From an uncultured Spirochaetota bacterium (lineage in GTDB: Bacteria; Spirochaetota; Spirochaetia; SZUA-6; Fen-1364): a stretch of 64,000 nucleotides of DNA. The stretch lies in the NCBI GenBank assembly GCA_963734545.1, contig CAVTHO010000010.1, positions 64,001-128,000 on the forward strand. The letters run 5' to 3'. Positions within the stretch are counted from its first letter, which is position 1, and each line of letters opens with the position of its first letter. This document shows, in pieces, positions 10,497-20,500 of the stretch. The notes below the pieces were generated by a model. The model was given only the letters and a program-made list of their open reading frames with translations, was not told where the DNA came from and did not search any database. The position numbers and the translations under genes were made by a program.

Positions 10497-13426
10497 TGTT
10501 CCGCCTCCGCGGGAAGGATCACCGTCGCCTCGGTGCCGACCCCCACTTTCGATTTCAGCTCCAGCGTCCCGTTGTGAGCGGTGACGATGGCCTTGGACAC
10601 GTGCAACCCGAGGCCGGTGCCTCCGCTCGCCTCGCGGGTGGTGACGAACGCTTCCCCCATACGGGGCAGGATCTCCGCCGGGATGCCGACGCCCTCGTCG
10701 CAGACGATGACCCGCAGCGTGGCGGCCGTCTCGCCGGGGCAGCTGCGGACCGTGATCGCCTTGTCCCTGCCGCCAAGAGACTGGCAGGCGTTCAGGATGA
10801 GATTGATGAACACCTGCTCGAGTCTCTGCGCGCTGCCGCGCGTCCGGGGCAGGCCGGGGCGCAGCTCCAGCGCGAAGCGGTCCGTGGACCTCTTGATGTG
10901 GCCGCCCAGGAGGTCGACCGCATTGCGGATTGCGGTGTTGACGTCGAACAACGCCGCGCCCCGGCCCGGTGCGTCCGCGCTGAAATCCCGCAGATTCTTG
11001 ATGATCCCGTCGATGAGGGCAGAGCTGTTCACGATCCCGGCGAGGATCCCGGGCAAACTGGCGCGGAACTCCACGGCGTCCAGTCCCCCGATCAGAAGCC
11101 CCTCGGTCCCGGCCGTTGCTGCTTCGAGCAGGGCGGCAAGCTGGGGCGACGCGTTCGCGAGCAGCGTCGCGTTGAGAAGAATCACCTGGTTGGGCACGTT
11201 GATCTCGTGCGCCAGGCCCGCGGCGAGCACACCGAGGGAGGTGAGCTTGTCCATGCGCATGAAGTTCTGCTGCTGCAGCCGGGCCATTTCCTCTTCGCGT
11301 TTCCTGCGTGTGATGTCACGGATGAGAACAGCGACTGCCGGTCTGCCGCGCCAGAGGGTGGGCCAATACACCAGCTCCACGGGCAGCTCGGCACCCGCCG
11401 CTGTGGCAGCGAGCGCTTCGGCGGGCGCGTCGGGCTGTACGCCGTAGGGGGGGAGCACGGCGGATCGGAAGAGCGCATCGAACCGAACCCGTGTCAGCCC
11501 GGGGGCCGCATAGCCCGTCATCTCGACGGCCCGCCGGTTCGCATAGACGGCGAAGTCATCGCTGAACACGATGATCCCGTCCTGGGCGTCCTCTGCCAGG
11601 GTGCGGAAGCTCGATTCAGCGCGCCCGATCGACTCTACCATCCGGTTGAACGAGCTCGCCAGGATGCCGATCTCGTCGTGGAAGTACACCCTGACCGCCG
11701 CGTCAAGGTCTCCGCTTTCCACCTGCCGCATTCCTCGGGACAGGGCTCGCAGGGGTATGAAGAGACTCGCCCGAAGAAGGAGTGGGATGAAGAAGAGCAC
11801 GAGGAGGCTCGCCCCGACTGTGAGCGCGGCGAGCACAGCGATCCTTTGGTTCAGGTAGCGCACAAAGCCTGCCTCATGCGACTCGAAAATCACGGCCGGG
11901 CGGGTGCCGAACCACGGGAGGCCGCGCGTGAAGCTGATCGGTTCCAGTGGCGCGGTGGAGCCCCCGGGATGAATGCCCGTCAGCCGGGGCGGAAACAGCG
12001 CCGGCCTGTCGCTCGAGGCAGGGTCTGCCCCGGTCGTGCTCGCGGCCGCGTAGTTGCGCAGCTGCTCGACTGAGGGGCCATGAGCGGGGGAAAGCGCCTC
12101 GAAGGACATCTCGATGGTGCCGTCCGCGCGAAGGACGAGCTGGATCGTGTTCTCGTTCTCGGCTCCCAGTTCAGGGAGGCGGAACCAGGTGATTGTCATC
12201 GAGTCCGGACGGGACTTGATATGCACCCCTCCGCTCCTCGAAGGGTCCAGGTTCATGATGAGCGGCGCGATGGCCGGTTGCGGGTTGTACCCTCCCCACC
12301 CGTTCTCCGGCGCGCTCTCCCCGAGATAGATCATCGGGCCGTTGAGGATGCGGACCAGGCGGTAGCGGGAAGAGAAAAAGGGAAAATCGAAGTCGAGCAC
12401 TGCAAAACGGGGGCGTCCGTAGACAATGTCCACCTTCGGCCCCAGGTCCGGATCGAAGGCGTCCGGCGCGCCCCTGATGTCGTAGCTTCCGAAGTCGTTC
12501 CGAGTGAAACGGATCGTCGAATGCTCCGGCGGCAGCGAGACAAGCGGATAGTCGCTCGCCGCAGTCTCTCCCACGAAAAGGGAGACGAGCCCCATGGTGC
12601 TCAGAATCAGGACAAGGGTGACCCCGATCAGCTTCACCTGCAGGGTCATGGGATCGGCGCTGTGGTTCAGATATGTGACGACGAATCCGAGATAGAACAG
12701 GAGAAGACCGAGCCAGGTGAGATAGTTCGCCAGGGAGAAGGGAAGGACGCCGTAGGTCACGGCGAACGCCGCGCCGATGGCCAGCACGGGAAGAAGGAGA
12801 ATCTCGGCGAGGGCCCGCGCCGACTCGGCATCGCGGCCGTGCGGCCGGACGATCCTGTCCAGAAAGGAGCGGGACGCACGGCCGGCGAGGTTCGCCGCCT
12901 TTCGGAACAGCAGGACGATCGCCCCGAGGAACTGTATCCCGAGGCTGACGTAGAACGTGTACCAATAGATGTTCCAGAGCCGCATGTCGCTGAAGTGCCA
13001 CTGCAGCAGGAAATGGTTGTACACATTGAGACCGAGGACGCCCGCGTTGAGGATGATCGAAAGAGTGAGGACGATCCTGAACTCTTTCCTCTCCACCCGC
13101 CTGAAACGCGGGAAATAGTAGGCAAAGAACAGAAGAAACACCATGGCGAGCGACAGGCCGATGTCACTCGCAAGGAGCACGAGCACTGTTTTGAGTGTGC
13201 GGGGCTGCCAGTAATATGGCCCGGCGAGCTCGAGGAACAAGGCGATGTTGAACAGGAACGCCCCGGAGAAAGCCCCTGCGAGGAACAGCGTGGCGAGTGT
13301 CTTCTTTGGCACCAGGAAGAGGTAGACGGCGATGACAAGGGAGAGCAGAAGGGCGGCCAGCCGTATGATTGAGAGTGAATCGAGATTCAACCAACCCGGC
13401 AGGAGTGTGATCGCAGCCTCCTCCAA
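10493..13426 (-). CDS. Membrane sensor histidine kinase: multi-TM N-terminus, NIDO-like extracytoplasmic domain, HAMP, PAS, HisKA, HATPase
   Basis: About 8 hydrophobic segments, HAMP DEIGILASSFNRM, PAS, H-box LAHEIN, N-box QVFINLILNA, DEGVGI, GTGLGL; stop overlaps the regulator ATG (ATGA). Exact start uncertain because the GGAGGAGG lies just downstream of TTG 13426. Confidence 0.93.
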   Translation of the reverse strand: MEEAAITLLPGWLNLDSLSIIRLAALLLSLVIAVYLFLVPKKTLATLFLAGAFSGAFLFNIALFLELAGPYYWQPRTLKTVLVLLASDIGLSLAMVFLLFFAYYFPRFRRVERKEFRIVLTLSIILNAGVLGLNVYNHFLLQWHFSDMRLWNIYWYTFYVSLGIQFLGAIVLLFRKAANLAGRASRSFLDRIVRPHGRDAESARALAEILLLPVLAIGAAFAVTYGVLPFSLANYLTWLGLLLFYLGFVVTYLNHSADPMTLQVKLIGVTLVLILSTMGLVSLFVGETAASDYPLVSLPPEHSTIRFTRNDFGSYDIRGAPDAFDPDLGPKVDIVYGRPRFAVLDFDFPFFSSRYRLVRILNGPMIYLGESAPENGWGGYNPQPAIAPLIMNLDPSRSGGVHIKSRPDSMTITWFRLPELGAENENTIQLVLRADGTIEMSFEALSPAHGPSVEQLRNYAAASTTGADPASSDRPALFPPRLTGIHPGGSTAPLEPISFTRGLPWFGTRPAVIFESHEAGFVRYLNQRIAVLAALTVGASLLVLFFIPLLLRASLFIPLRALSRGMRQVESGDLDAAVRVYFHDEIGILASSFNRMVESIGRAESSFRTLAEDAQDGIIVFSDDFAVYANRRAVEMTGYAAPGLTRVRFDALFRSAVLPPYGVQPDAPAEALAATAAGAELPVELVYWPTLWRGRPAVAVLIRDITRRKREEEMARLQQQNFMRMDKLTSLGVLAAGLAHEINVPNQVILLNATLLANASPQLAALLEAATAGTEGLLIGGLDAVEFRASLPGILAGIVNSSALIDGIIKNLRDFSADAPGRGAALFDVNTAIRNAVDLLGGHIKRSTDRFALELRPGLPRTRGSAQRLEQVFINLILNACQSLGGRDKAITVRSCPGETAATLRVIVCDEGVGIPAEILPRMGEAFVTTREASGGTGLGLHVSKAIVTAHNGTLELKSKVGVGTEATVILPAEAEQ

Positions 13427-13541
13427 TGGAAGACCATCGGAGCCTGACGTGCAGCCCGCGTCAACTGGACCGAGTATACCATATTGCGTTCAGCGAAACG
13501 AGGGCCGCAATCCGGCCGCAGCAGCCGTTAATTCGTTCCAT

Positions 13542-13574
13542 CAACCTGCGTTGCAGGCGGCAACGCTGGTTGCA
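13542..13574. promoter_or_regulatory. Tandem palindromic enhancer (bEBP upstream activating sequence) candidates, CAAC-N4-GTTGCA x2
   Basis: CAACctgcGTTGCA at 13542-13555 and CAACgctgGTTGCA at 13561-13574, 19 bp apart, ~80-110 bp upstream of a sigma54 -24 box and next to a bEBP operon. Confidence 0.65.
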
Positions 13575-13651
13575 GCCTGACTCGAGCATGGCACGGGCGG
13601 ACTTCGACGCTAATTCCCTGTTCTATAATGAATTATGCTTCGGACGTGACC

Positions 13652-13667
13652 TGGCATCTCGATTGCA
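13652..13667 (+). promoter_or_regulatory. Sigma54 (-24/-12) promoter
   Basis: TGGCATCTCGATTGCA has exact GG-N10-GC spacing with TGGCA and TTGCA boxes; an AT-rich IHF-like tract lies at ~13611-13637. Confidence 0.8.
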
Positions 13668-13740
13668 TTGCAGGAGGTAGAGATGCGCGTGGGCGGAATT
13701 GCATGAAGACGAGCCACGCACTCGGGCATGGGAGGTGCGT

Positions 13741-14199
13741 ATGAGACAGGCCCTGAGAATCCTGATCCTGCTTGCGGCGTCCGCGACAGTCATGAGTGCG
13801 TGCGATCTTCTGCCTGAAAACTGGGAATGGGCGACGGTGAGCGGACATGTCACATCATCTCTCGCCATAGTGGTCCGCCCCACTATCAAGGTCTCCGGGG
13901 CGGACGAAGCCGGGTGGGCCGACCTGACCGGCCTCGACCGTGAAAAAGGCTACTACGAAATTCGATGGATCGAGCCGGGGACCCATACGATCACCCTGAC
14001 ATATTCCGGCCCGCAGGGACACTCCGCAACCTGCTACAACGGCGCAACGCACGAGCACGTACCGGTCACGGCCGTGCGAGGACAAGAGTACTTCGACCCC
14101 CTGCGCGACGCCTACTACAATGAGTGGACGATCACCATCGAAGGCGTGTCCATCAAGGAAAACACGGAAATAGACTTCTTCCTGGGCTACGCCGGTTGA
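13741..14199 (+). CDS. Small lipoprotein, beta-rich (Ig/transthyretin-like fold plausible), function unknown
   Basis: GGAGGT RBS; MRQALRILILLAASATVMSA-C lipoprotein signal; ATVSGHVT...GYYEIRWIEPGTHTITL resembles carboxypeptidase-regulatory-like domains. Confidence 0.75.
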   Translation: MRQALRILILLAASATVMSACDLLPENWEWATVSGHVTSSLAIVVRPTIKVSGADEAGWADLTGLDREKGYYEIRWIEPGTHTITLTYSGPQGHSATCYNGATHEHVPVTAVRGQEYFDPLRDAYYNEWTITIEGVSIKENTEIDFFLGYAG

Positions 14200-14205
14200 C
14201 AACTT

Positions 14206-14232
14206 CCGCCTGTGCGAAGGAGGCGGCTTTAT
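14206..14232. terminator. Possible intrinsic terminator between the convergent lipoprotein and MCP genes
   Basis: CCGCCT-N9-AGGCGG stem followed by CTTTAT; the U-tract is short. Confidence 0.35.
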
Positions 14233-16010
14233 GATTGCTCTCTCGCTGTGTCTCCGGTCGACAAAGCCGTGCTGCTGTTCTCAATCTTGAACTGGGCCAC
14301 CTGGCGCTGGAGCCCCTGCGCCATGCTGGACAGCTCCTCGGTTGCCGCCGACATCTGCTCCGCGGAAGAGGCGGCCGCCTGCGTGAGCTCGTTGACATTT
14401 TCCACCGCCCGCGAGACCTGCCGGGCGTTGGCGTTCTGCTCCTCTGTGGCCGTCGAGATGTTCTGACTCATCTGGTTGATGTTGACCAGCGCCTTTGCCA
14501 GGTCCCTGCTGGCCACCGTCTGCCGCGACATCGATCCGGACAGCTCCCCGATCATCTGCTGCACCTTCTGCGAGAAGACTCGAATCTGCTCCATTGCATC
14601 CTGGGAGCCGTGGGCGATCTCCACCTCCTGGGCCACGCTCTTCACGCTTTCCCTGATCAGCCCCGTGATTTCCTTGGTCGAGGCGGAGGAGCGGTCGGCC
14701 AGCTTGCTGACCTCGTCCGCCACCACCGCGAAGCCCCGCCCGTGCTCCCCGGCGCGCGCCGCCTCGATGGCGGCGTTCAGCGCCAGCAGGTTCGTCTGGT
14801 CGGCGATATCGGAGATCACGTCGATGATCCCCCCGATCTTCTCCGAGCTGCCGGCAATTCGGGTAATACCGGCGACCACCTCGCTGACCGCCTGGGCCCC
14901 TTCCTTCGACTTCTCCACCGACTGGTTGGCCAGCGTCGAAATCTCCCCAAGGCTTCGCGCAACCTCCTCTATTGATTTCTGCACCAGCTCCATCGAGCCG
15001 GTGCCCAGCTTGACCGCGGAAACCTGCGTCTGGGCGTGCTCGCTGACCTGGTCTACGCTGGAGGACAACTGCTCCACCGAGGCGGAGGTCTCTTCCAGGG
15101 TGGATGCCTGGCTCTGAGCCCCGTCTGCCAGGTTCTTCGCGCTCTCTGATATCTGCTCGCTGGAGGCCGCCAGATGCCGGGCGCTTTGTTGAACGGCGGC
15201 CACCATCTCCCTCAGCCGCACCGACATGTCGTTGAGCGCCTGCGCAAGCTTCCCGATCTCGTCTTTTTGGCTGATGGCAAGCTGATGCGTGAGATCGCCT
15301 TCAGCAATCCGGAGCGCAAGCGCGACGCTCTTGCTCAGGGGCCGGGTGATCGCCGCGGAAATGATGAAGCACAGGAGAAGCGCACACACGAGGATGGCTC
15401 CCGCAACGGCGAAAAGAAGGATCATGGACCTCGATTCTATGACGGCAACCATGCTTTCGATCCTCTGCGACTCCTCGTTCGCCATCTGCGCGACCTTCTC
15501 GGTGCTCGTGCGGTGGCTTTCGTAAAGGGGCGTCAGCTTTTCGTCGAAGAGCGTCGAGGCAAGCTCCTTGTTGCCCGCCTTGACCGCAGGAACGAATTCC
15601 GACTCGAGGATGGTGAAGTACTGGCTCGCGGTATCATAGGCTTCCTGGGTCATGGTGGCCTTGATGGGGCCCTCGGGAAGGTGTGTCGACCAGTACGTGT
15701 GCCTTGCTTCGAAGTCGATTCGCAGAGCCTGTACCTTCAGGCCGAGGCCCTCGATCTCCGCATCGCTCTTCGCGTCCCGCAGCTTGATCGTTGACAGATA
15801 GGTTTCAATGATGAATTCCATCGGCGGCAGGAGATCCGCGGCAAGATCCTTCTGCGTGATGATCTGGCGATAGAGGGGGCCCTTCACCTTGATCGTGGAG
15901 ATCATGAAGAGCGAGTACCCGCCGAGACCAAGGAAACCGAGTATGAAAACGACGCTGAGCATGATGAGTTTTCCGCGCATGCGGAGGTTCGCAATGAACC
16001 CTGCTTTCAT
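14229..16010 (-). CDS. Methyl-accepting chemotaxis protein (TM-4HB sensor-TM-HAMP-MA)
   Basis: [33 protein letters not shown] signalling hairpin, [17 protein letters not shown], two TM helices; ATG 16010 after GAAGGAG. Confidence 0.96.
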   Translation of the reverse strand: MKAGFIANLRMRGKLIMLSVVFILGFLGLGGYSLFMISTIKVKGPLYRQIITQKDLAADLLPPMEFIIETYLSTIKLRDAKSDAEIEGLGLKVQALRIDFEARHTYWSTHLPEGPIKATMTQEAYDTASQYFTILESEFVPAVKAGNKELASTLFDEKLTPLYESHRTSTEKVAQMANEESQRIESMVAVIESRSMILLFAVAGAILVCALLLCFIISAAITRPLSKSVALALRIAEGDLTHQLAISQKDEIGKLAQALNDMSVRLREMVAAVQQSARHLAASSEQISESAKNLADGAQSQASTLEETSASVEQLSSSVDQVSEHAQTQVSAVKLGTGSMELVQKSIEEVARSLGEISTLANQSVEKSKEGAQAVSEVVAGITRIAGSSEKIGGIIDVISDIADQTNLLALNAAIEAARAGEHGRGFAVVADEVSKLADRSSASTKEITGLIRESVKSVAQEVEIAHGSQDAMEQIRVFSQKVQQMIGELSGSMSRQTVASRDLAKALVNINQMSQNISTATEEQNANARQVSRAVENVNELTQAAASSAEQMSAATEELSSMAQGLQRQVAQFKIENSSTALSTGDTAREQS

Positions 16011-16159
16011 TGGCCCGTCTCCTTCCCCCCCGCCGCCTTCTCGCCATATAAAGGAATGATAAATTATAGTATAGCGTTTCGGCTGGATTCTTCCAGCGAA
16101 AGAATCAGGGCGGGAGATTCGTTTGACATGCGCGGCCGCACGGAGTCGAGGAGAAGACA

Positions 16160-17290
16160 ATGAAGACCAGAACTCTCGGGAGAACAGATCTTGAAGTCAG
16201 CGTCATCAGCCTGGGCACGGAGTATCTCATCAACCTTCCCCGGCACCATGTCGTGGAGGTGATTCACAGGGCCATTGAGCGTGGAATCAACTATTTCGAT
16301 CTCTTTTGGGCTCAGGCGGCGTTCCGCGATACCATGGGAGCGGCTTTCAAGGGCTGCCGGGAGAAAGTTCTTCTCGCCGCCCACCTGGGATCCGCCGATA
16401 TCAACGGGCAATATGAACGAACCCGGGATCCTGCGCTCTGCGAACGTTTCTTCCTGGACTTCCTGGCGAGGTATCAGATCGACTGCGTGGACATTCTCTT
16501 CCTCCATAACAGTGAATCTCAGGAAGACTATGATGGTCTGATGAGGCCCGGCGGCCTGCTGGAAATGGCAACCCGCTATCAACGGGAAGGAAAAACCCGA
16601 TACATCGGGTTCAGCGGCCACAATGCTTCGACCTCCCGGCAAGCGGCTGAGTGCGGCGCCATTGACGTGCTCATGTTTCCCCTGAGTTTCACGAACCATG
16701 CCATGCCCGGCAGGCCGGAGTTGCTCGAGGCCTGTCTCACGCACAACGTGGGGCTGGTCGCAATGAAACCGTTTGCCGGAGGAAATCTGCTCAGAAAAGA
16801 ACCCACAATTGAGGTCACCGACTATCAGATGGGAAGAGCAGAGGCAGCCGGGTCACCGACGCAATTCACGAAATCCAGGGAGATAACCCCGGTGCAGTGT
16901 CTTTCATACGTCCTGGACCTGCAGGGCGTTTCAACTGTCGTGCCGGGCTGTGCCAATATCGAGCAGTTGGAGGCGGCATTGGCCTGCTGTGATGCGAGTA
17001 CCGAGGATCAAAAGTATGCCGCGCTCCTGCCGGATTTTGACCGCTACAGAACCGGGGTCTGCATCCACTGCAATCACTGTCTGCCTTGTCCGGCACACAT
17101 CGATATTGGCCATGTCCTGCGACTGCTCCAAATGGCGCACAATAACCGGAGATCGGAGGCTCGGACCGCTTACCACACCCTTTCCGCCGATGCCTCGGAC
17201 TGCATCCGGTGCGGTGACTGCGCGGGACGCTGCCCCTTTGGCGTTGAGGTCATCGCCCGGATGGAAGAGGCGGTCGCGATTCTTGGATGA
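16160..17290 (+). CDS. Aldo/keto reductase with C-terminal 4Fe-4S dicluster domain
   Basis: [49 protein letters not shown] and [12 protein letters not shown]. Confidence 0.93.
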   Translation: MKTRTLGRTDLEVSVISLGTEYLINLPRHHVVEVIHRAIERGINYFDLFWAQAAFRDTMGAAFKGCREKVLLAAHLGSADINGQYERTRDPALCERFFLDFLARYQIDCVDILFLHNSESQEDYDGLMRPGGLLEMATRYQREGKTRYIGFSGHNASTSRQAAECGAIDVLMFPLSFTNHAMPGRPELLEACLTHNVGLVAMKPFAGGNLLRKEPTIEVTDYQMGRAEAAGSPTQFTKSREITPVQCLSYVLDLQGVSTVVPGCANIEQLEAALACCDASTEDQKYAALLPDFDRYRTGVCIHCNHCLPCPAHIDIGHVLRLLQMAHNNRRSEARTAYHTLSADASDCIRCGDCAGRCPFGVEVIARMEEAVAILG

Positions 17291-17350
17291 GCGGAAGCAG
17301 GGCGGGTAGAGATGCGTCGCGTGTGATGTGCGCGGGCCCGGCCGGGCGCT

Positions 17351-17500
17351 TTACCGCCTTCCCATACCCGGGTGCTTTGGCGCGATCTTGAAATGCTCCT
17401 CGAAACGCAGGATGTCCCGTCCTCGCTTCACTACCGACTTCTGCGGGCGCAGATCTTTCGGGTGCTTCGCCGGCCTCCTGGACTTTCCGTTCCTGCTCAT
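17351..17500 (-). CDS. Small basic protein, 49 aa (not in ORF track)
   Basis: GGAGG 6 nt before ATG 17500; MSRNGKSRRPAKHPKDLRPQKSVVKRGRDILRFEEHFKIAPKHPGMGRR*; co-oriented, 87 bp downstream of the giant gene. Confidence 0.5.
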   Translation of the reverse strand: MSRNGKSRRPAKHPKDLRPQKSVVKRGRDILRFEEHFKIAPKHPGMGRR

Positions 17501-17587
17501 CGTCCGCCTCCTGCCTGGGAGAGGTTCTCAAGGAAGGCTACCACGATTCGGCTGCGGGCGCTACTCGATCCAGGCCTGGAAGCCCGG

Positions 17588-20500
17588 CTAGCGGGCAATT
17601 TCGTCAAGCCACCAGGTCAGGCGCGCAAGGACCTTCTTCCGCAGGTCGCTCGGGCAATTCTGTCCCTGGTCAGCCTGGTCCCTCCCGGGTCCGCCGTCCA
17701 GCGTGTCGTGCCCGTCCCCGCCCACCAGCCAGTCATCGCCCGCGCCGCCTCGCAGGATGTCGCTCCCGTCCTGCCCGAACAGGATGTCATCCCCATCCCC
17801 ACCCTGCATGGTGTCCTGGTCGAAGGGGCCACCCGGGCAGCCCTCGTGCCTGCTCAGGTACAGCCCGCTGCCTCGTTCGCCCGTGGAGGCCCAGAGCCAG
17901 AAGCTCTCCTGGGCCAGGCCCATGTCCAGAAGGTCTTCGGCCAGCTCCTCCGCGTCGTATCGCACCCGGCAATAGCTCTTCTGGCTCAGTCCCTCGCCGG
18001 CAACCACCAGCGGCGCAGCGAATGCGGCGCTGTCCCCGAAAGCCAGGTCATTTCCCGCACCCGCGTCAAATAAATCGTTTCCAGCGGACCTGGCATCCGC
18101 CAGACCGTCCCCGCCATGCTCGTCACTGCAGCAGCTCCTGCCACCGTCGTGATCGCCGCGGGAATCATGACCCGAGTCGTAGTGGTTGCCCCAGAAATCA
18201 TGGCCCCAGTTGTCGTGGCTGCCCCAGGAATCATGGCCCCAGTTGTCGTGGCCGCCCCAGAAATCATGGCCGCAGTTGTCGTGCCCGCCCCAGCCGCAGC
18301 CGTTGTGCCGCGGAGCAGGTGACTCGTCAGGCACCAGGGTGATCACCGGGACGAGAGAGCTCCACCGGTCGCCCACCAGGACGTCGTCACCCTCCCCGCC
18401 GGCCAGGGAATCGTTGCCCGAGACAATGAGGTCGATATGATACACGAGATTGATCCGCGGCTTCCTGCCGGCTGTCACGGTCACGAACGTCTTTCTGAGG
18501 TCGTGGGAAACATCGTCGATCTCCCGCAGCACCCCGCCTGCCATGCACGCGATGTCCTCCGCCTCCTCCACGAAGTCATCCAGGGAGAGCACCAGGCCCA
18601 CGGGGACCGTCAAGGATGGCGCCGCTATCGTCATGTCGTCGCCCACCAGGAAGTCCCTGCCCGTGCCGCCGTCGAGCTGGTCACAGCCGATCCTGAAGGT
18701 ATGGTCCACGACGGTGTCGCGGGAAGCGAAGCAGCCGCCATCAACCCACTTGCCGATCGCCTTATCTATCCGATCCAGGAAATGTGACAGCTCATCGATC
18801 GCCGCGGAGAGATCCTGCCCCATTCCCGTCGCAGTTCCCAGAATCCCCGCGGTAACCTTGAGCGTGGGGGCGAAAACGACCCGGTTGTCGCCCACCAGGA
18901 CATCGTCTCCGGCTCCGCCGCGGAGCGTGTCATTGCCGGCAACGAGGCCGAGGTGGTGCGCCACGTCCGTGACGAACGAGGCCAGCGGCGCCAGGCGGAC
19001 GCCGTCGAGACGATCGAGAGTGTTCGTGCTCGGGAGAATCGAAAGGTCGCAGCCGGCATGGGTAAGGACGGCCGCGAAGGGATCCACGGCCTGGCCGGGA
19101 ACAACCGAGAGCACCGGCACGATCGTGGTGCCGGCGGCGGCCACCCTGATATCTCCCGCCGGCCCGTTCCCCGCGTCGCCCGGGATCAGCAGCAGCCCGC
19201 GGAGAACGTTCGGCAGCGGGGAAGCGGAAGCGACCTGCACCGCGTCATCGCCGACCAGGACGTCGGCGTCGTCACCGCCGTCCAGCAAGTCGTCCCCCGC
19301 GCCTCCGACCAGGAAATCAATGCCCAGCCCGCCGGTGAGCCAGTCGTCCCCACGGCCGCCGAACAGGGCATCGTCCCCGGCGCCTCCGTCCAGGACGTCA
19401 TTGCCGTCCGCACGCAGCGATACGAGGATGAGCTCCGTCTCCCACTTCTGGCATCCCCACGCGTTACGGACGAGGTGTCGGCTCCCGTCGGCGTTGTAGG
19501 CGCCGACCACGAGCACGAGGTCAGCGTTCAGAAGATCGGAAATCACGTCCGGGTCCAGGTCACCCCACCAGAGGCTGCTCGGGTGATACACGCCTGTGAT
19601 GACGCCCACGTCCGTCAGCAGGACATCCGAGTGCCAGGAGCCGTTCGGATCGAGCCGTGGCGTCCCATCCGGGTTGTATGCGGGCGTGATGATCCCCACG
19701 TCGCCCAGCAGGACATCGTTGCCCTCGCCGCCGCTCACCTCATCGCTTCCCAGCCCCGCGACGATCAGGTCATCACCCGCGTTCCCGCTGATCAGGTCAT
19801 TCCCTGACCCGCCCGCGATCCTGTCGTTGCCATTGTCACCCGTAATGACCAGGTCTGTCGTCACAACGGCCGCGTCGATAACGTCGCACCCTCCCTCACC
19901 GTGGATGATCAGGGCGATGGGGTCCGTCTCGGTGACGGTGACCAGGTCATCTCCCTCTCCCGACCACAGCGTCGTTGTCGTGCCGATGCTCTCGTGGGTG
20001 GAGCGTACCTCGATCGTGTTTCCGCCCGAGCCGCATTCTATGTTGATCCCGCCGCCGAACGTGCCATCCGTGGCCGCGTAGTATATATTCGCGGGCGAGA
20101 GTCCCGTGAGGGAGCTGCTGGTGATGACGACGTTCGAATCCGGCGTCCCGTCAGCCTCGTCACTCACGTTCAGCGAGTTGACTCCTCCCCCTGCTTCGAT
20201 TTCGAGCACCCCGAGGATGCCGTCCAGCGTCCCTCCGTTGGCAGGAGCATCGGAGGAGACATTGACTGTGTCGTTTCCAGTGCCCGTGACCATGCGCGTG
20301 TGGGCCGACGTGGATTGGACATTGACCGTATTCCCGCCCGAGCCCAGGGCGATGTTCAGGCTCTCCACGCCGCTGTAGCCGATCCCGTCGCTCATCCCCA
20401 GGCCCGTGATGCTGTCCGCGGTGAGGGTGAGGCTGTTTGGCTCGCTGTCTCCGCTGTCGTCCACGTTCAGGGTGTCCTCGCCCTCCCCGCCGATGAGGGT

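Noticed and set aside
16040-16130. Sigma28 or sigma70 promoter for the MCP/AKR divergent pair
   Set aside because: AT-rich with isolated TATAAT and TTGACA boxes, but no correctly spaced pair that I can support.
18140-18293. 33-bp periodic repeat as a possible CRISPR array
   Set aside because: No unique spacers, period is a multiple of 3, it is in-frame coding, and no cas genes are present.
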